Source: Polyangiales bacterium
GTDB lineage: Bacteria > Myxococcota_A > Polyangia > Polyangiales > Polyangiaceae
Assembly: GCA_038230375.1 (NCBI GenBank)
Contig: JBBRNJ010000057.1
Location: 1 to 60,925, forward strand
DNA length: 60,925 nucleotides
Direction: 5' to 3'
Shown here: positions 37,138 through 46,687 of the stretch, piece by piece
Layout of the letters: each line of letters starts with the position of its first letter
How positions within the stretch are numbered: the first letter of the stretch is position 1
Notes under the pieces: generated by a model
Told to the model about the DNA's origin: nothing
Database searches by the model: none
Seen by the model: the letters and a program-made list of their open reading frames with translations, nothing else
Translations under genes and position numbers: made by a program

Positions 37138-37386
37138 TCAGGCGGCCCGAGGAATGCGGGCGGGGCGTGGCGCGATCTCCTGGCGGAGATGCGATGCGAG
37201 GCGTTCGCCGCTCATCGGCGGCACGGTGATGGGGGCCTCCATCGCCGCGAGCTCCGGATCGTGATTGCTCACGCGCGCCACACCATCCGTCACGACGAGG
37301 CGCATCGGGCCTTGCGCAAGAATGGCGTCGAAGACGTACGTTTCCTTGCTTGGGAGGGCGACCAGGGACTTCTTGGCGGGGCTCAT
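37138..37386 (-). CDS. Small hypothetical protein
   Basis: 82 aa with GC3-biased codons. Shares the upstream 12-mer TAGAAGGGCATG with the downstream gene. Confidence 0.45.
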   Translation of the reverse strand: MSPAKKSLVALPSKETYVFDAILAQGPMRLVVTDGVARVSNHDPELAAMEAPITVPPMSGERLASHLRQEIAPRPARIPRAA

Positions 37387-37467
37387 GCCCTTCTAGAGCG
37401 GCCACCTTGGCAAACACTTGAGGATTATTTTCCGTGCGGGGCTGCTGTCGGGTTAGTGAGGTCGGTC

Positions 37468-38730
37468 GTGGAGAAGACCGCAAAACCTGCGCTGAAGTTC
37501 GATCGCGCGATCATCGTGGTCTACGCCGTGATCCTGGTGATCGGCATCGCGTACGGGCTCACGATCAGTGTCATCTCGATCCACCTGGATGCGCTCTTCT
37601 TCACGAAGGAGTCGATGGGCGCGCTGGCGTCCGTGTTCGCCTCGGGGATCATCCTGCTCTCGCTCCCCGCAGGTTGGGTGAACCGCAAGCTCACACCCAA
37701 GCGCACCTTGCTCGGATGCCTGCTCGGCTACGCCGTGTGTGTGCTGGTGTTCCCGTACTTCGAGCACTTCCCGGGCGTCGCGGTCGCGCGCTTCTTCGAC
37801 GGCGCGTTCTCGGTCGGCGTGTGGGTGAGCTGCGAGACCATCCTCCTCTTCCATGCCGACCGCGCCCACAAGGCGTTCATCATGAGCCTCTATGCCATGG
37901 CGATCGCGTGCGGCTACATCCTGGGGCCCATCATCTCCAAGGTGCTCGTGGTGCCGTTCGCAGGTACCTCTGCTGCGTTCGTCACGGCGGCCGCCCTTGC
38001 CGTGGTCGCAGCCATCATCGCGGGCTTCGGTCTGCCGCTGGAGGAGATCAGCGATGAGCACCACAAGGAGCTCGCCGTCGGCGAAGAGGATCACATCGAG
38101 GAGCTCCCGCACGAGGCAGGCCTTGCGCAGACGCCGCTGACCACCGTCCTCACGCGCATCCGCACGTCGTGCTTCGCGACGTTTGCGTACGGGTATTTCC
38201 AGGCTTCCGTCGTCATTTTCCTTCCGCTGTTCCTCATCGAGAACAAGGGCATCGAGAAGTCGAAGACGATCTACATCACCGCGTTCTTCGCCGCCGGCAT
38301 GCTCCTCTTCTCGAACGTGGCCGCGCGCATCGGCGACAGGTTCGGGCATCTCATCGTGATGCGCGTGCTCGGTTTCGTGGGCGCGTGCACCATCGCGAGC
38401 TTCGTGCTCTTCGACCAGTTCTGGCTCATGTGCACGGCGGTCTTCATGGCGGGCGCCACGCTCGCGACCATCTCCCCCGTCAGCCTGGCGCTGCAGGGCG
38501 TGGTCACGCGCACCCGCGATCTCTCGCGAGCCAACGCCTTCTACAACGCGTTCTACGCCGCGGGCATGCTGGTGGGTCCACCCGTCTCGAGCGTCATCTT
38601 CGCGAAGGGCTCGGGCCCGGCGATGATCTACCACCTGGCAGCGCTGTTCTTCGCGTTCACGGCCTTCACGTGGTGGTTCGCGAATGACGATCCATCATGG
38701 AGAAATAGGAAGAAGGACGCGCCGGGGTGA
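37468..38730 (+). CDS. MFS transporter (YfkF/YcaD-like)
   Basis: About 12 TM helices and A.RIGDRFG. GTG start after GAGG. Confidence 0.85.
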   Translation: MEKTAKPALKFDRAIIVVYAVILVIGIAYGLTISVISIHLDALFFTKESMGALASVFASGIILLSLPAGWVNRKLTPKRTLLGCLLGYAVCVLVFPYFEHFPGVAVARFFDGAFSVGVWVSCETILLFHADRAHKAFIMSLYAMAIACGYILGPIISKVLVVPFAGTSAAFVTAAALAVVAAIIAGFGLPLEEISDEHHKELAVGEEDHIEELPHEAGLAQTPLTTVLTRIRTSCFATFAYGYFQASVVIFLPLFLIENKGIEKSKTIYITAFFAAGMLLFSNVAARIGDRFGHLIVMRVLGFVGACTIASFVLFDQFWLMCTAVFMAGATLATISPVSLALQGVVTRTRDLSRANAFYNAFYAAGMLVGPPVSSVIFAKGSGPAMIYHLAALFFAFTAFTWWFANDDPSWRNRKKDAPG

Positions 38731-38759
38731 CAACGACCTCGACCTCGACCTGAGTCGAC
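38729..38759. repeat. Short hexamer array in reverse orientation (gacaac gacctc gacctc gacctg agtcgac)
   Basis: Reverse complement gives GTCGAG/GTCGTT units. Starts at the MFS stop codon. Confidence 0.6.
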
Positions 38760-38791
38760 GTCCTCCCGGACTGCGCTATAGTTCGCGCCCT

Positions 38792-39328
38792 ATGGGGAAA
38801 ACGGCTCGATCGTCACTGCTCTCCCTCGTCGTGGCGATTGGCCTCGGCTGCGGCGGCAATCCTGCCCCTCCGAAGACCCAGGAGATGGTCCCGGCGAACT
38901 CCTCGAACGAGCCGGCTCCGAAGGACGCGTCCACGACCACGAGCGGCGCGAACGATCCGACCTCCGGTGGCTCCGGCAGCGGCGGCACAGCGACGGGCGC
39001 GATGCCCGAGAGGATCGGTGGTGACCCTGCGACAACGCCCGCGCCGAGCTCCTCAGCGACTGGTGCGATCGGCGCGACCGCTCCTGGTGCAGGCGGACCG
39101 AAGGTGACGAAGGCCGAGTGCAAGAAGGTCCTCGACAAGTATGTCGACCTCGCGATCGCCGCCGATCCCAACCTTGCGGGCCTTCCGCCCGACGTGATCA
39201 AGCAGGCGTTCGCGCAGGCCGCATCGCAGTCTGCGAACCCGTGCGAAGGTGACGGTGTCTCGCGAAACCAGTACAAATGTGCCATGAAAGCCACGTCGGC
39301 GGACAAATGGCAGGCGTGCATGAAGTGA
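38792..39328 (+). CDS. Hypothetical lipoprotein
   Basis: Lipobox GLGC, long S/T/G/P linker and a small 4-Cys helical C-terminal domain. Confidence 0.7.
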   Translation: MGKTARSSLLSLVVAIGLGCGGNPAPPKTQEMVPANSSNEPAPKDASTTTSGANDPTSGGSGSGGTATGAMPERIGGDPATTPAPSSSATGAIGATAPGAGGPKVTKAECKKVLDKYVDLAIAADPNLAGLPPDVIKQAFAQAASQSANPCEGDGVSRNQYKCAMKATSADKWQACMK

Positions 39329-39361
39329 CGTGGTCGGGATACCTAGCAGTGGAGAGTACCC

Positions 39362-40576
39362 ATGCGTAGCAAGGCATTGTTGGGCGGGCTTCTGATCACG
39401 AGCGTGGTCGTCGTGATCGCGGCGTGCGGCTCGTCGTCACGCTCCGGCTTCGGCACCGGCACCGTGGACGCGGCTGTGGGCATGCCCGCGGTCGTCGCGC
39501 ATCTCACCGGCAAGGTCGTTGCGCCAGAGGGCACCATCCCGATCTCGGGCGCGCTCGTCTACCTTGCGGCCACCACGCCTCCGCCCATCCCCACCGGCGT
39601 GTACTGCGACAAGTGCGTGGAGATCACGGCGAACACGCCGTACACGTACTCGAAGGCGGACGGCACGTTCGATCTTGGCGCGTTCTCCACGGGGCCGCAG
39701 ACGCTGGTCGTGCAGAAGGGGCAGTTCCGCCGCGCGTGGCCGCTGCAGGTCACGGGCCCCACGCAGGTGGTCCCGCAGATGTCGACCACGCTCCCGGGCA
39801 AGAGCAACCCCGCCGCCGGCGACGACATCCCGAAGATGGCGATCGTGCAGGCTCAGTGGGACGCGATCGAGGTCTCGCTCGCACGCCTGGGGCTCGGCAC
39901 CGTGACCAAGGACATGTTTGGCATTCCCGTGGTGAAGAAGGGCGACGCATCGTTCGACATCGTGGACACCACACTCCTCAACGACGCCACGAAGCTTGCA
40001 CAATACAACATTGTCTTCGCAGGCTGCTCTTTCTCCCAGAGCACCACGTGCGACACGTCACAACCCGCGGGCAGCGCGAAGGTGCAGAAGAACCTGCAGG
40101 ACTACGTGAAGGCCGGCGGCAAGCTGTACACGAGCGACTACAGCTACGAGCTCGTTCGTCAGCCATGGCCGGGCTTCGTGCACTGGGACGGCGAGAGCGC
40201 CACGCTGGGCTCCGCGTGCGCCGGCGGCGCGTACGACGCGACCGCGCAGGTCGGTGATCCGGGCCTCTCCGCGTGGCTCACCGCCCTCGGCGATCCCACG
40301 CCCAACCTGAAGCAGAGCTGGACGGCGATCTCGAGCGTCAGTCCGCAGATGGGCACCGATCAGGACGGCAAGCCCGCGCTGATCACGCCCAAGGTCTGGA
40401 TGAGCGGCAACAACAAGCCCATGACCGTGAGCTTCCAGAACGGCTGCGGGCGCGTGCTCTTCAGCACGTACCACACGGAATCGGGCAGCTCGCAGCTGCT
40501 CTCGCAAGAGAAGGCGCTCCTCTACGTCCTCCTCGAAGTGGGAGTCTGCGTCGGCACCCTGCCGCCGCCGAAGTGA
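39362..40576 (+). CDS. Lipoprotein, carboxypeptidase-regulatory-like domain + alpha/beta domain (paralog 1)
   Basis: IAAC; G.V.AP.G..P..GALVY; CDKC; VVQKGQFRR; GG.LY.SD; CGRVLFS.YH; QEKAL.Y.L.EV..C. Confidence 0.75.
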   Translation: MRSKALLGGLLITSVVVVIAACGSSSRSGFGTGTVDAAVGMPAVVAHLTGKVVAPEGTIPISGALVYLAATTPPPIPTGVYCDKCVEITANTPYTYSKADGTFDLGAFSTGPQTLVVQKGQFRRAWPLQVTGPTQVVPQMSTTLPGKSNPAAGDDIPKMAIVQAQWDAIEVSLARLGLGTVTKDMFGIPVVKKGDASFDIVDTTLLNDATKLAQYNIVFAGCSFSQSTTCDTSQPAGSAKVQKNLQDYVKAGGKLYTSDYSYELVRQPWPGFVHWDGESATLGSACAGGAYDATAQVGDPGLSAWLTALGDPTPNLKQSWTAISSVSPQMGTDQDGKPALITPKVWMSGNNKPMTVSFQNGCGRVLFSTYHTESGSSQLLSQEKALLYVLLEVGVCVGTLPPPK

Positions 40577-40699
40577 CGGTGATGTTGGCGGCGAATGACA
40601 CAGCGCGGCGCATCGACGATGTAGGGAAATAGGCTCTCTTGTTTATCCGGGGACGGCGAACGTCCTTGCGAAAGTCCGGAACTTTGTAAGAACACGCCC

Positions 40700-42124
40700 A
40701 TGCGAATGGCTGGGTTTGTGGGCGCCGTGGCGACGATGTTTGGTGCGGCTGCGCTGATCGCGGCGTGCAGCGGCGGCTCGAACCACTCTGGCTTCGATGA
40801 CGGTACCAACGGCGGCGACAGCGGCGCAGGCGACGAAGGCGGCAACGGCCTCGGCCTTGGCGGCGGCAAGAACCCTGAAGCGGGCGGCGGGTGTCAGGGC
40901 ATCGGCTGTCAGGTCGCGGTCTGCCAGAACGGCGTACCCACCTCGCTCACGGGTCAGGTGTTCGACCCCGCGGGAAAGAACCCGCTCTACAACATCAGCG
41001 TCTACGTCCCCACGGATGCCAACGCGGCGCTGCCTGCGCTCACGCAGGGCTCGTCGTGCGACAAGTGCGGCGCGACGCTCATCAACCCGGTCGTCAGCGC
41101 GCTCACGGACGAGAACGGCATGTTCACGCTCAAGGGCGTCCCCACGATGAAGGCGATGCCGCTCGTCATCCAGGTCGGCAAGTGGCGCAAGAAGATCACG
41201 TTCGACATCACCAACAGCTGCGGTGAGAACAAGATCACGGACAAGATCACGCTGCCGAAGAACGGCAAAGAGGGCGACATGCCCCAGATTGCCGTGACCA
41301 CCGGCGGCTGCGACGCGCTCGAGTGCCTGCTTGCGGGCATGGGCATCGACCAGTCGGAGTTCGTCCAGGGCGACGATCCGAAGGGCCACGTCCACATGTA
41401 CAAGGGCCAGGGCGGCGCCACGGGCGTGGACGCAAAGGCCATGCTCTGGGGCGATGCTGCGATTCTCTCCAAGTACGACCTCGTCGCGCTCTCGTGTGAG
41501 TGCTCGCCCTACGACACCGTGGATAGCAAGGGGGTGCCCACCGGCACCAACAACAAACCGAACAAGCAGGCGATGCACGACTACATCAACGCCGGCGGCC
41601 GCGTGTTCGCGACCCACTACCACTACGCGTGGTTCACTGGCCCCAACACGTCGACGGACTTCAACGGCGTGGCGAACTGGACGCCGGACGGGTTTGGTGG
41701 CGGCAGCTCGCCGTTCAACGTGGAGCAGGGCTTCCCCAAGGGCAAGGCGTTCGCGCAGTGGCTCATGAACGTGAAGGCATCCACGGTGCTCGGTAAGATC
41801 CCGCTCAGCGGGGCCGACTCCGACCTCACGACCGTGGGCATGCCCACGAGCCAGGCCTGGATCGACAGCTCCGCGAGCGCCGTGAAGTACTTCACGTTCA
41901 ACGCCCCGATCGGCGTGAAGCCGGAGGACCAGTGCGGCCGCGCCGTGTACAGCGATCTCCACGTGTCGGGCGTCGGCGGGACGTCGGTGAGTCCGTTCCC
42001 GACGGCCTGCAGCCCAAAGCCCGGCGCGGATCTCTCACCGGCGCAGAAGGCGCTCGAGTTCATGCTCTTCGACCTCTCGGCCTGCGTGCAGAGCGACTCC
42101 ATCCCGCCCACGCCGGTGAAGTGA
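40700..42124 (+). CDS. Lipoprotein, carboxypeptidase-regulatory-like domain (paralog 2)
   Basis: IAAC; GQVFDPAGKNPLYN; QVGKWR; MPQIAVTTGGCDALECLL; GGRVFATHY; QCGRAVYSDLHV. Confidence 0.8.
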   Translation: MRMAGFVGAVATMFGAAALIAACSGGSNHSGFDDGTNGGDSGAGDEGGNGLGLGGGKNPEAGGGCQGIGCQVAVCQNGVPTSLTGQVFDPAGKNPLYNISVYVPTDANAALPALTQGSSCDKCGATLINPVVSALTDENGMFTLKGVPTMKAMPLVIQVGKWRKKITFDITNSCGENKITDKITLPKNGKEGDMPQIAVTTGGCDALECLLAGMGIDQSEFVQGDDPKGHVHMYKGQGGATGVDAKAMLWGDAAILSKYDLVALSCECSPYDTVDSKGVPTGTNNKPNKQAMHDYINAGGRVFATHYHYAWFTGPNTSTDFNGVANWTPDGFGGGSSPFNVEQGFPKGKAFAQWLMNVKASTVLGKIPLSGADSDLTTVGMPTSQAWIDSSASAVKYFTFNAPIGVKPEDQCGRAVYSDLHVSGVGGTSVSPFPTACSPKPGADLSPAQKALEFMLFDLSACVQSDSIPPTPVK

Positions 42125-42140
42125 GCGTCGCGAGCGACTC

Positions 42141-43550
42141 ATGAAACATTCGGGGGTGCTGGCGGCGTGCGCGTCGATCGTGTGCGTCGTTTTGCTGGCG
42201 GCCGCGTGCGGCGGTTCGTCCGCTTCCGATATCTTCGGCTCTCCAGACAGCGGCCTCGGCGCAGAGGGCAGCGTCGGCGGCGACTTTGATGCGTCCAGTA
42301 CGACCGACGCGATGGGCGGCGGCGGCGGCGACGGCAGTGGGAAGGATGGGTCCACCGGCCCTTGCAAGGGCATCGGCTGCGACAAGGTCGACTGCGGCAA
42401 CGGAACGCCCACCAGCATCACCGGGCAGGTGTTCGATCCCGCGGGCAAGAACCCGCTGTACAACGTGATCGTCTACATCCCGGCCGATCCCAAGGCACCG
42501 CTGCCATCGTTCAAGAAGGGCGCGTCCTGTGATCGGTGTGGAGAGGTGCCGCTCGGCAGCGTGTCGAGCGCGCTCACCGATGAGAACGGGATGTTCACGC
42601 TGCCCGATGTCCCCGTGACGAGCGGCGTTCCCGTCGTGGTGCAGGTCGGCAAGTGGCGCACGAAGACCACCATCGACGTCACGCAAAAATGCCTGCCGAA
42701 CCCGCTTCCCGCGAAGGTGACGCTGCCCAAGAAATCGAGCGAAGGCGACATGCCCCAGATCGCCGTCACGACCGGCGGGTGCGACGCGCTCGAATGTCTG
42801 CTGCTCGGCATGGGCATCGATCAAACGGAGTTCGTCCAGGGCGCCGACCCGAGCGGCCATGTCCACATGTACAAGGGCAACGGCGGCACCACCGGCGTCG
42901 ACGCGCAGACGCTGCTCTGGAACGACGCCACGCTGCTCGGCAAGTACGACGCCACGCTGCTCTCCTGCGAGTGCGACGAGCGCAACGAGAACAAGACAAA
43001 CCCGCAGGCCATGCACGACTACCTGGAGGCAGGCGGCCGCGTGCTCGCCACGCACTATCAGTACACGTGGTTCGTAAACTCGCCGCAGGCCGACTTCAAG
43101 GGCATTGCCGCATGGGCGCCGAACGGCGGTGGCGGTGGTGGACCGAGCTACACCGTCGAGCAGGGCTTTCCCAAGGGCCACGCGTTCGCGCAGTGGCTGA
43201 TGAATGTGAACGCTTCCACGATGCTTGGCCTGGTGCCGCTCGCCAACGTGGCCAGCGACCTCACCACCGTGAGCATGCCCGCGAGCCAGGCATGGGTTGA
43301 CGTCAACGCAAGTAGCGTGAAGCTCTTCTCGTTCAATACGCCCCTTGGCGTACAGCCGAAGAACCAGTGCGGACGTGCAGTCTACACGGATCTCCACGTG
43401 GCGGGGGCCGGCGGCGAGGCCTTTCCTATGGGGTGCACGCCCATGGTCGGCGGCACGCTCACGTCAACGCAGAAGGCGCTCGAGTTCATGGTCCTGGATC
43501 TGACGTCGTGCCTGCAGAGCGACGCGGTCACACCCGTCGCGCCGAAGTGA
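42141..43550 (+). CDS. Lipoprotein, carboxypeptidase-regulatory-like domain (paralog 3)
   Basis: Same motifs as paralog 2, with long identical stretches. Confidence 0.8.
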   Translation: MKHSGVLAACASIVCVVLLAAACGGSSASDIFGSPDSGLGAEGSVGGDFDASSTTDAMGGGGGDGSGKDGSTGPCKGIGCDKVDCGNGTPTSITGQVFDPAGKNPLYNVIVYIPADPKAPLPSFKKGASCDRCGEVPLGSVSSALTDENGMFTLPDVPVTSGVPVVVQVGKWRTKTTIDVTQKCLPNPLPAKVTLPKKSSEGDMPQIAVTTGGCDALECLLLGMGIDQTEFVQGADPSGHVHMYKGNGGTTGVDAQTLLWNDATLLGKYDATLLSCECDERNENKTNPQAMHDYLEAGGRVLATHYQYTWFVNSPQADFKGIAAWAPNGGGGGGPSYTVEQGFPKGHAFAQWLMNVNASTMLGLVPLANVASDLTTVSMPASQAWVDVNASSVKLFSFNTPLGVQPKNQCGRAVYTDLHVAGAGGEAFPMGCTPMVGGTLTSTQKALEFMVLDLTSCLQSDAVTPVAPK

Positions 43551-43559
43551 TCGCGCGCG

Positions 43560-44339
43560 TCACGACAGCACGCGACAGCGATCTTCTTCGAACAGCCTGA
43601 GCACGAAGGCGGCCGCAGGGTGCTCGCGCAGCGGCTTCGTTGCTTCCAGGTAGCTTGCGGGCAAGGGCTTCGGGAACTGCACGCCGTAGTTCGGCGGCGC
43701 CAGCGCGACCGCGGCGAGCGACGCGAAGCACAGATCGGCAGCAGTGAAGCGATCGCCGGTGAGATATTTGCGTCCGTCCGCAAGGCGCGCTGCCACGTCG
43801 TCGAACACGGTGGAGAGCTGGGCGCAGGTCTTGTCGATCGCGCGCTGGCGATCGTTCACGCGGAACGCGCGCTTCATCATCGTCAGGATGAACGGCTTGC
43901 CCACCTTCACGATCGCGGCGTCCGTCTTCGACACCCCGTCGCACATCATGCTGACGAAGAGCTCTGGCTCGTAGCAGAGGATCGCGTACGCGAGGCGGCG
44001 CGCGGGCGGACCCACGTCGTCGTCGAAGCGCGCCTCCAGGGCAAGGACCTCACGACCGAGCTCTCCGTCCGGGAAGAGCCGCTGAGAAGGCGTGACGAAG
44101 GTGTCCGCGTACTCAAGGATCTTCGTGGAGTCGGCGATCATGCCGCTCTCCGTCTCGAGCACGGGCGCGGTGCGAGCACGCAGCGGTCGGAGCCGGAGAA
44201 AATGCACGATCGCCGGAAAGCGATGCTCGTCGTACGCGATGTCCGCGCGGGCGAGCGCCCATCGCGCCTTCTCGCAGTAGTGACTCGGCCCGATCGTGTG
44301 GAGCGTGGGCCTGACGCTGACTGTCGCAGTCACAGCCAC
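43560..44339 (-). CDS. Glutathione S-transferase family protein
   Basis: SHYCEKARWAL, T.PVL, DS..IL.Y, YL.GDRFTAADL. Confidence 0.88.
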   Translation of the reverse strand: MAVTATVSVRPTLHTIGPSHYCEKARWALARADIAYDEHRFPAIVHFLRLRPLRARTAPVLETESGMIADSTKILEYADTFVTPSQRLFPDGELGREVLALEARFDDDVGPPARRLAYAILCYEPELFVSMMCDGVSKTDAAIVKVGKPFILTMMKRAFRVNDRQRAIDKTCAQLSTVFDDVAARLADGRKYLTGDRFTAADLCFASLAAVALAPPNYGVQFPKPLPASYLEATKPLREHPAAAFVLRLFEEDRCRVLS

Positions 44340-44347
44340 AAGGGCGC

Positions 44348-45097
44348 TCAGCGACTCTCGTACGTACGCATCGTCGGCAGTTCGAGTGCCGTGAGGAACC
44401 CGCCTTTGCCACAGCCAGTGTCGATCACGCAGACGTTCTCACCGACCCACATGTCGAGCGGATCCTCCGGCGTGAACGAGGACATCTCGGGCGGAAGGTT
44501 GTCCGTGGACGTGTGGCCGCAGACGACGCGCTTGCCGCGATACCCCTCGAAGAAGCGCATGGTGCGCACCCAGAGGAGCAGCGTCTGGTTCTCGGTCTCC
44601 GACGGGTGTTGCCACTTGCCGTCCTTCTCGATCAGGCCGGCGTGGACGTAGATCGCGTGATCGTCCTCGTAGTAGTACGGCAGCGCGTTCATCCAATCGA
44701 TCACGTCGGGCGGGAAGAACTCACCGGCCTTCATGAGCAGGAGCTCCTCGCGCGAGGGCATGTCGCCCTCCTCGAAGCCGGCGCCCGTGAAGCTGCGCAG
44801 CGTCGCGAGGCAGCCGTTCGACGCGGGGATGATGAACTCCGGCCACCCACCCGAGGCGACACGCAGCCAGCCGTCCTCATGGTTGCCGCGCAGCGCGACG
44901 ACCTTGCACTGCATCGCCTTCGGAAGGCCGTTGCGGATGAACTCGATGACGCGCGCCGAGCCAGGGCCCCGGTCCACGTAGTCCCCGAGCAAAACGAGTG
45001 TGTCCTTCGAGTCCATCGACGGGAGCCGCTGGAGCACGCGTACGAGCGCCTCGTAGTCCCCGTGGATGTCGCCGATCGCGATGGTGCGGTTGGCCAT
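44348..45097 (-). CDS. Metallophosphoesterase (PPP/ApaH-like Ser/Thr phosphatase)
   Basis: GDIHG, GDYVDRG, RGNHE, VHAG, GHT, IDTG. Confidence 0.92.
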   Translation of the reverse strand: MANRTIAIGDIHGDYEALVRVLQRLPSMDSKDTLVLLGDYVDRGPGSARVIEFIRNGLPKAMQCKVVALRGNHEDGWLRVASGGWPEFIIPASNGCLATLRSFTGAGFEEGDMPSREELLLMKAGEFFPPDVIDWMNALPYYYEDDHAIYVHAGLIEKDGKWQHPSETENQTLLLWVRTMRFFEGYRGKRVVCGHTSTDNLPPEMSSFTPEDPLDMWVGENVCVIDTGCGKGGFLTALELPTMRTYESR

Positions 45098-45122
45098 AAC
45101 CCTCCCATGATACCGTCACCTC

Positions 45123-45890
45123 GTGCCGCCCCGCACGCTTTTCGACTGGCTCCGTGCCGAACCTTTCGGGCTTGGCATGTCCAGCGGGTTCTTCTCGTTC
45201 TTCGCTCACACGGGGTTTCTCTCGGTCCTGGAAGCTGAGGCGCTTTTGCCCACGCGGCTCGCAGGATCCTCCGCTGGCGCGCTGGTCGGTGGGCTCTTCG
45301 CCTCCGGGCTGTCCACGGCCGCGCTGGAAGACGAGCTGCTCCGCCTGCGCCGCGACGACTTCTGGGACGTGTCGCTCGGCCCCGGCCTCTTGCGCGGCGA
45401 GCGCTTCCAGACCCGCGTAGCGCAGCTGCTCCAGAACGCCACGTTCGAAGCATGTAGAATACCCGTATCGGTGAGCGTCTTCCACCTGCGAACGCGGAAG
45501 ACCCACGTGATCGACCGCGGCGAGCTCGCGCCCGCGCTCTGCGCTTCGTGCGCGGTTCCAGGGCTGTTTCATCCCATCCGCGTGAACGGCACGCGCTACT
45601 GGGACGGCGGCGTCCTGGATCGCCCAGGCCTCCTTGGTCTCAAGGAGCACGAGGCAAGCGGCGGTCGCGTCCTCTTCCACCACATCGAGTCACGCTCGCC
45701 CTGGCGCGCGAAGGACTCCGAGGCCATGAGCATTCCGCGGCGCGACAACGTCGTCACGCTCGTGCTCACGGACCTGCCGCGTTCGGGACCGTTCTCTCTC
45801 GAAAAGGGACGTGCGGCGCTGCGCGTGGCGCGCGAGAAGACCCGGCGAGCGCTGTTCGCCCCCATCGTCGACGGCGTCGTTCGGATCTAG
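45123..45890 (+). CDS. Patatin-like phospholipase
   Basis: AHTG.L, GSSAG nucleophile, ASCA.P.LF.P, DGG. Confidence 0.88.
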   Translation: MPPRTLFDWLRAEPFGLGMSSGFFSFFAHTGFLSVLEAEALLPTRLAGSSAGALVGGLFASGLSTAALEDELLRLRRDDFWDVSLGPGLLRGERFQTRVAQLLQNATFEACRIPVSVSVFHLRTRKTHVIDRGELAPALCASCAVPGLFHPIRVNGTRYWDGGVLDRPGLLGLKEHEASGGRVLFHHIESRSPWRAKDSEAMSIPRRDNVVTLVLTDLPRSGPFSLEKGRAALRVAREKTRRALFAPIVDGVVRI

Positions 45891-45945
45891 AATGATCAAC
45901 GTGGGTTCTACCGGACATTTTCGGGCGGGCGGGTCAGGGAGCTTG

Positions 45946-46659
45946 ATGGGACGCAGAACAATACGAATTCTCATCGGAGCTGCCTGCGTCGCTCTCCTGC
46001 TCGCGTGCAGCGGTGGCTCCACCCATGTCATCGGTGGGACCGAGACCGACGCGGGCGGCGCGACCACCGCTGACGCCTCCAGCTCTGACGCCGGCGGCAC
46101 CACCAAGGACGCAGCCGGTGGCAGCACGTTCGATGCAGCCAACGATCCCGCGGATGGTCCGCCCACGCGGAAGGCCTGCACGAGCGCCTTTGGCGGCGCG
46201 CTCAGCGCGGTTCACGGGCGCATGGATGGCGTGCTCGTCGCGATCGTGCCCCCGTCAGCGCATATGTGCAACGCCGACTCCACGCACGTCCATCTCCAGG
46301 TGCTCGTGAGCAACGCGGTCTACGACGTGGCAGTGAACGTGGACGGGCTCGCCGCGGATGTCTCGCACGCGATGGTCGACGGTCCGTGGCTGGAGGGGTG
46401 GCACACGACGAGCGACCTGCTCGACTACCCGACGACGCTCGGCGTCCACTCTGGAGTCTTCGCCACGACCAACGCGCAGTCGCTGATGAACGCGCTCGCG
46501 AACGTGAACCACATCTCCGTCTTCGCCACTGGCTATGGGGCCACGGGCGTGCACCTGGTCCACCGCAAGGGCAACGGCAACGACGGAGCCATCGTTGCGA
46601 ATCCGCTGGGAGCGGAGCCCCACTTCTTCGTCTTTCGCTTCTCCACTGACTCGTTCTGA
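45946..46659 (+). CDS. Lipoprotein, possibly DUF2278/YukJ-like
   Basis: LLAC lipobox; H.HLQV...YDVAVNV; GVH.VH...N..DGAI; F.F...F terminus. Confidence 0.6.
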   Translation: MGRRTIRILIGAACVALLLACSGGSTHVIGGTETDAGGATTADASSSDAGGTTKDAAGGSTFDAANDPADGPPTRKACTSAFGGALSAVHGRMDGVLVAIVPPSAHMCNADSTHVHLQVLVSNAVYDVAVNVDGLAADVSHAMVDGPWLEGWHTTSDLLDYPTTLGVHSGVFATTNAQSLMNALANVNHISVFATGYGATGVHLVHRKGNGNDGAIVANPLGAEPHFFVFRFSTDSF

Positions 46660-46687
46660 CCTCGCGCAGACGTGAACGGTACAGTGC

